A DNA stretch of 64,000 bases from Massalongia carnosa (taxonomy: Eukaryota). The stretch covers positions 434,001 through 498,000 of the forward strand of contig OZ287081.1 of assembly GCA_965645245.1 (NCBI GenBank), given 5' to 3'. The notes under the pieces were generated by a model. The model had not been told where the DNA came from. It worked only from the letters and a program-made list of their open reading frames with translations, and did no database searches. Each line of letters starts with the position of its first letter. Positions within the stretch are counted from its first letter, which is position 1. This document shows positions 63,080-64,000 of the stretch, piece by piece. The position numbers and the translations under genes were made by a program.

Positions 63080-64000
63080 ACAACAATGCCTATATACTGA
63101 TGCCACGTCTTACTGACTATTGGAACACGTCTCCTAAAATTTGCCATACATGACATGGTGATTCAAGCCATGAGTCTTCGAAGATGGGAGCAACTCAAGC
63201 GATTTTTGAAGATATCCAACCCCGACGAAGATGAGATCATTGATACTCGAGGCCCTGATTGGTGGAAAAAGTTGGAACCATTGGCCACAGACTTTCGAAA
63301 AGCATCAAAGAAATACTGGATTCCTGGAAGTCATGTGTCAGTTGACGAGCAATTGATTTTATTCAGGGGTAGGAGCTGCCATACTATGCAAATAGCCACC
63401 AAGGCGGCTGGTGTAGGCTTCAAAATCTATAGTTTATGTCAGGAAAATTATCTTTTTGACTTCTTATTTACCTCCAAGGTGAGTAGAAAAGGCCTCAATT
63501 TGCATCGTACTAATTGTAAGACAGGTGTCCAAAATTAGTGAGTTAAAAACGCCTGGACAATTGAAATTTCCGACAACCAAATGGGATTTGTCTCCTTCCT
63601 CCCTAGTCGTCATTCAACTGGCTCGAAGTTTACCGTCTGATGAAGGCTTAAAATACGTCACCTTTCTGGACAACTTCTTCACAAATACGAAGCTATTCAA
63701 AGCTCTGAAAACCATTGGAATTGTTGCCTGTGGGACGGCTAAATCAGGATGCGGTTTTCCTGTTGATCTTCTACGTCTGAGGGTTGCAGCCACCAAGAAT
63801 AAGGACTGGGGAAAGAAGGCATTGATGACGGTACCTGCAAATAAAAGTAAAAAATCAAACACTGATGACGGGGACATTCTGTGTATGGCATGGGTGGATT
63901 TAAACACCGTGCAATTCATGACCACGGTTCGTACAATTGAGGATTTGAAGACTTCTTTCTACAAGAATTCCCGTCGACGTCATGGAATTCCTGCAAATTC
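63080..64000 (+). mobile_element. Second piggyBac-type transposase (5' part decayed, intron 63479-63524, runs off window)
   Basis: DYWNT, WWKKLEPLATDF, SVDEQL, GFKIYSLCQ, FLDNFFT, ACGTAK and WVD. Clearly homologous to 4-1476. Confidence 0.88.

Overview
Eukaryotic DNA from a filamentous ascomycete (Pezizomycotina-type genes with short GT-AG introns). About 1-34 kb and 57-64 kb are TE-rich. They contain two piggyBac-type transposases, a Tc1/IS630-type pseudogene, three pogo/Fot1 elements (intact, internally deleted, decayed), three Tad1-like LINE copies with (CAT)n tails, a decayed Ty3/gypsy pol, a solo LTR and a MITE, mixed with orphan or secreted genes, an HNH-nuclease gene with one stop and a DUF6601-like remnant. 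About 34.8-56.8 kb is a conventional gene block: membrane protein, Pho84/Git1-type MFS transporter, GPI protein, PTH11-like receptor, PEX6, sterol esterase/lipase and an amino-acid permease. The most notable observations are four nested TEs reconstructable from their TSDs at 15.4-23.2 kb, an apparently gained intron in one piggyBac, a dispersed ~160-bp repeat whose 80-bp hairpin is cleanly missing in one copy, a conserved structured LINE 3' end and an atypical hydrophobin-like gene. I found no clearly demonstrable new multi-gene system. All family assignments come from motif recognition, not database searches.
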